64,000 bases of DNA from Raja brachyura (Eukaryota), in assembly GCA_963514005.1 (NCBI GenBank), contig OY740792.1, positions 16,926,001-16,990,000 on the forward strand, given 5' to 3'. Shown here one piece after another: positions 62,443-64,000 of this stretch (position 1 is the stretch's first letter; each line of letters begins with the position of its first letter). Made by a program: the position numbers and the translations under genes. Below the pieces are notes generated by a model. It did not search any database, was not told the DNA's origin, and saw nothing but the letters and a program-made list of their open reading frames with translations.

Positions 62443-62638
62443 CTTTCGGAGTAGTTTCATATTGTCTAGCCAGGCTGTCTTAAGTCTGGGGACAAAGGAA
62501 TACTGCGTTTCTTTGAAGAATCGGTTTAATAAATCTGGACACACACTGAGAATGTTCACCATGAGGTCAGCAACGAGTTCATCTTCTGTGGCTGTTTTTA
62601 AGCCCAGTAGGAACCTCAGAAGCACCACGTTCCCTCCC
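62443..62638 (-). CDS. URB1: URB1 coding exon (first in window): GGNVVLLRFLLGLKTATEDELVADLMVNIL...MKLLRK
   Basis: Translation matches vertebrate URB1 (GGNLTLLHFLLGLKTAADDDLVADL, recalled); CAG acceptor, GTAGGA donor; 196 nt. Confidence 0.93.
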
Positions 62639-62989
62639 CTGCAGATGTAATCACATAACTTTCAAAATGTATTAATTTAAATCTGGACGTGGTGCATAAA
62701 TGAACCACAGTAAGTTCAAAGGCAATGCACAAACTACAGCAAATCAAAAGCAAGTTGATATAAATGGCCATCCGTGGCATTGATATATCGATTTCTTCAA
62801 CAATTCTGAGGTCAATTGTTTTCAGACATTTCCTCCCCCAAACTATACTTTATTGATGAATAAAATTGACTTTGATTCATAAATATTCCAAATTGATATA
62901 GAGCAGACCATTCAAGTCAACATTTTTCATCACGTCACTTCATTCCAATCATTTAATTCCAATTATATTGACATTTAGGCAGACCATTA

Positions 62990-63380
62990 CCTGACTGATT
63001 TGTGTTCAAGCGTTCCTTCTTGATAAAGTGTTTTAGGCAGGACATATTTTGTGGCACATGGCCAGACCGAAGCTTGGCAAGATCAAGAACAAAAGCGACC
63101 CCTGTGTTTGTATAGCCCAGATTCATGCACAACTTGATGCAATCATACATGAAGATAGCTATCACAAGTAGTGCCAAGTTGGGTATCATTTTCCCCCTTT
63201 TCTCAGGATTTGTATGCCGAGGTTCTGTAAATCCAATCTATTTTTGAGCTCCAGATAAGATGCAAAGGTGGCATGGGTATTGCAAAACAGTGCATTGTCA
63301 GCCACAGACATGCTGACAACATTAACACCCATCCACCTTGGACCTATGAGGGGCACAGGGTTAGTTGGACCAGCTGCCAA
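62990..63380 (-). mobile_element. Degraded L1/Tx1-like ORF2 fragment
   Basis: FIWSSK..KGGK.IPNLALL...CIKLC across frameshifts. Confidence 0.45.
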
Positions 63381-63419
63381 AGAATATGGCCTGGTTTTTG
63401 CTGTGATTAATTTTAGTTT

Positions 63420-63720
63420 TGTTTAATTTAGAGATACAGTGCGGAAACAGGATCTTCGGTGTACAGAGTCCACCATGATCAATGATCCCCATACACTGAC
63501 ATTATCCTACACACTAGGGACAACTTACAATTATTATTGAAGCCAATTAACTTACAAACCCTTATGTCTGGATTGTGGGACGAAACGAGAGCACCCGGAG
63601 AAAACCTACGCGGTCACAGGAGGAATGTACAAACTCTGTGCAGTCAGCACCCGTAGTTAGGATCGAACCCCGGTCTCCAGCGCTGTGAGACAGCAACTCT
63701 ACAGCTGTGCCACCGTGCCA
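63420..63720 (-). mobile_element. V-SINE (HE1-like)
   Basis: tggcacggtggcacag head, ggttcgatcc B-box, V core on minus. Confidence 0.8.
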
Positions 63721-64000
63721 CTATTGACTGGTTTAATCTGAAAACCAGTTTGAAGTGGTTGCGGATGTAACTCCAGAGGAAATATGAACAAAGGATGATG
63801 ATATTGCCCATGTTTAGGAAACCTTTGAGTTGAATGTTTTCACCACCTGGGTTTATCACCTCTTTTATACCTGCAACGTCCCAATGGACACAGCAAAATG
63901 CTCCAACGCAATACACAAACAGAGAGGGGCATATTGCCTAATTACGGTTTGATCCAGATGTTTTCTGTTTGATCAGCACCACACTATTGATGTTTATGCG

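Noticed and set aside
62953-63189. 78-aa ORF ending at a CAG|GTAATG donor-like site as an upstream URB1 exon
   Set aside because: No URB1 similarity and wrong phase for the next exon; better explained as a degraded Tx1/L1-like fragment.
1-64000. Intronic H/ACA snoRNA (human URB1 hosts SNORA80A) or C/D snoRNAs
   Set aside because: No recognisable match by eye on the minus strand; the host intron is probably upstream of this window. An Infernal/Rfam scan would be needed to exclude one.

Overview
Vertebrate genomic DNA, AT-rich and repeat-dense. The V-SINE/HE1-like, CR1, Penelope and Rex/Babar repertoire points to a cartilaginous fish, probably a skate or ray; this is an inference. The whole window lies inside one minus-strand gene, URB1 (nucleolar pre-ribosomal-associated protein 1, Npa1). 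I traced 28 internal coding exons between 62638 and 770. All have GT-AG boundaries and consistent phases, 4758 nt in total. The gene's 5' and 3' ends lie outside the window. The introns hold many decayed or nested transposons: CR1, Rex/Babar, L2, RTE, HERO, Tx1-like, Penelope, V-SINEs, Tc1, Harbinger and Tigger MITEs, a Helitron-like element, an unclassified TIR family, and a structurally complete DIRS tyrosine-recombinase retrotransposon with a methyltransferase-like domain. The most notable signals are short Penelope-derived inserts carrying a minimal hammerhead-ribozyme core (several sense to the URB1 pre-mRNA), the DIRS ITR/ICR architecture, several nested insertions, and inverted young CR1 copies bracketing seven exons. 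Repeat boundaries are approximate unless a target-site duplication (TSD) or terminal inverted repeat (TIR) is quoted. Family calls rest on motif recognition, not database searches.
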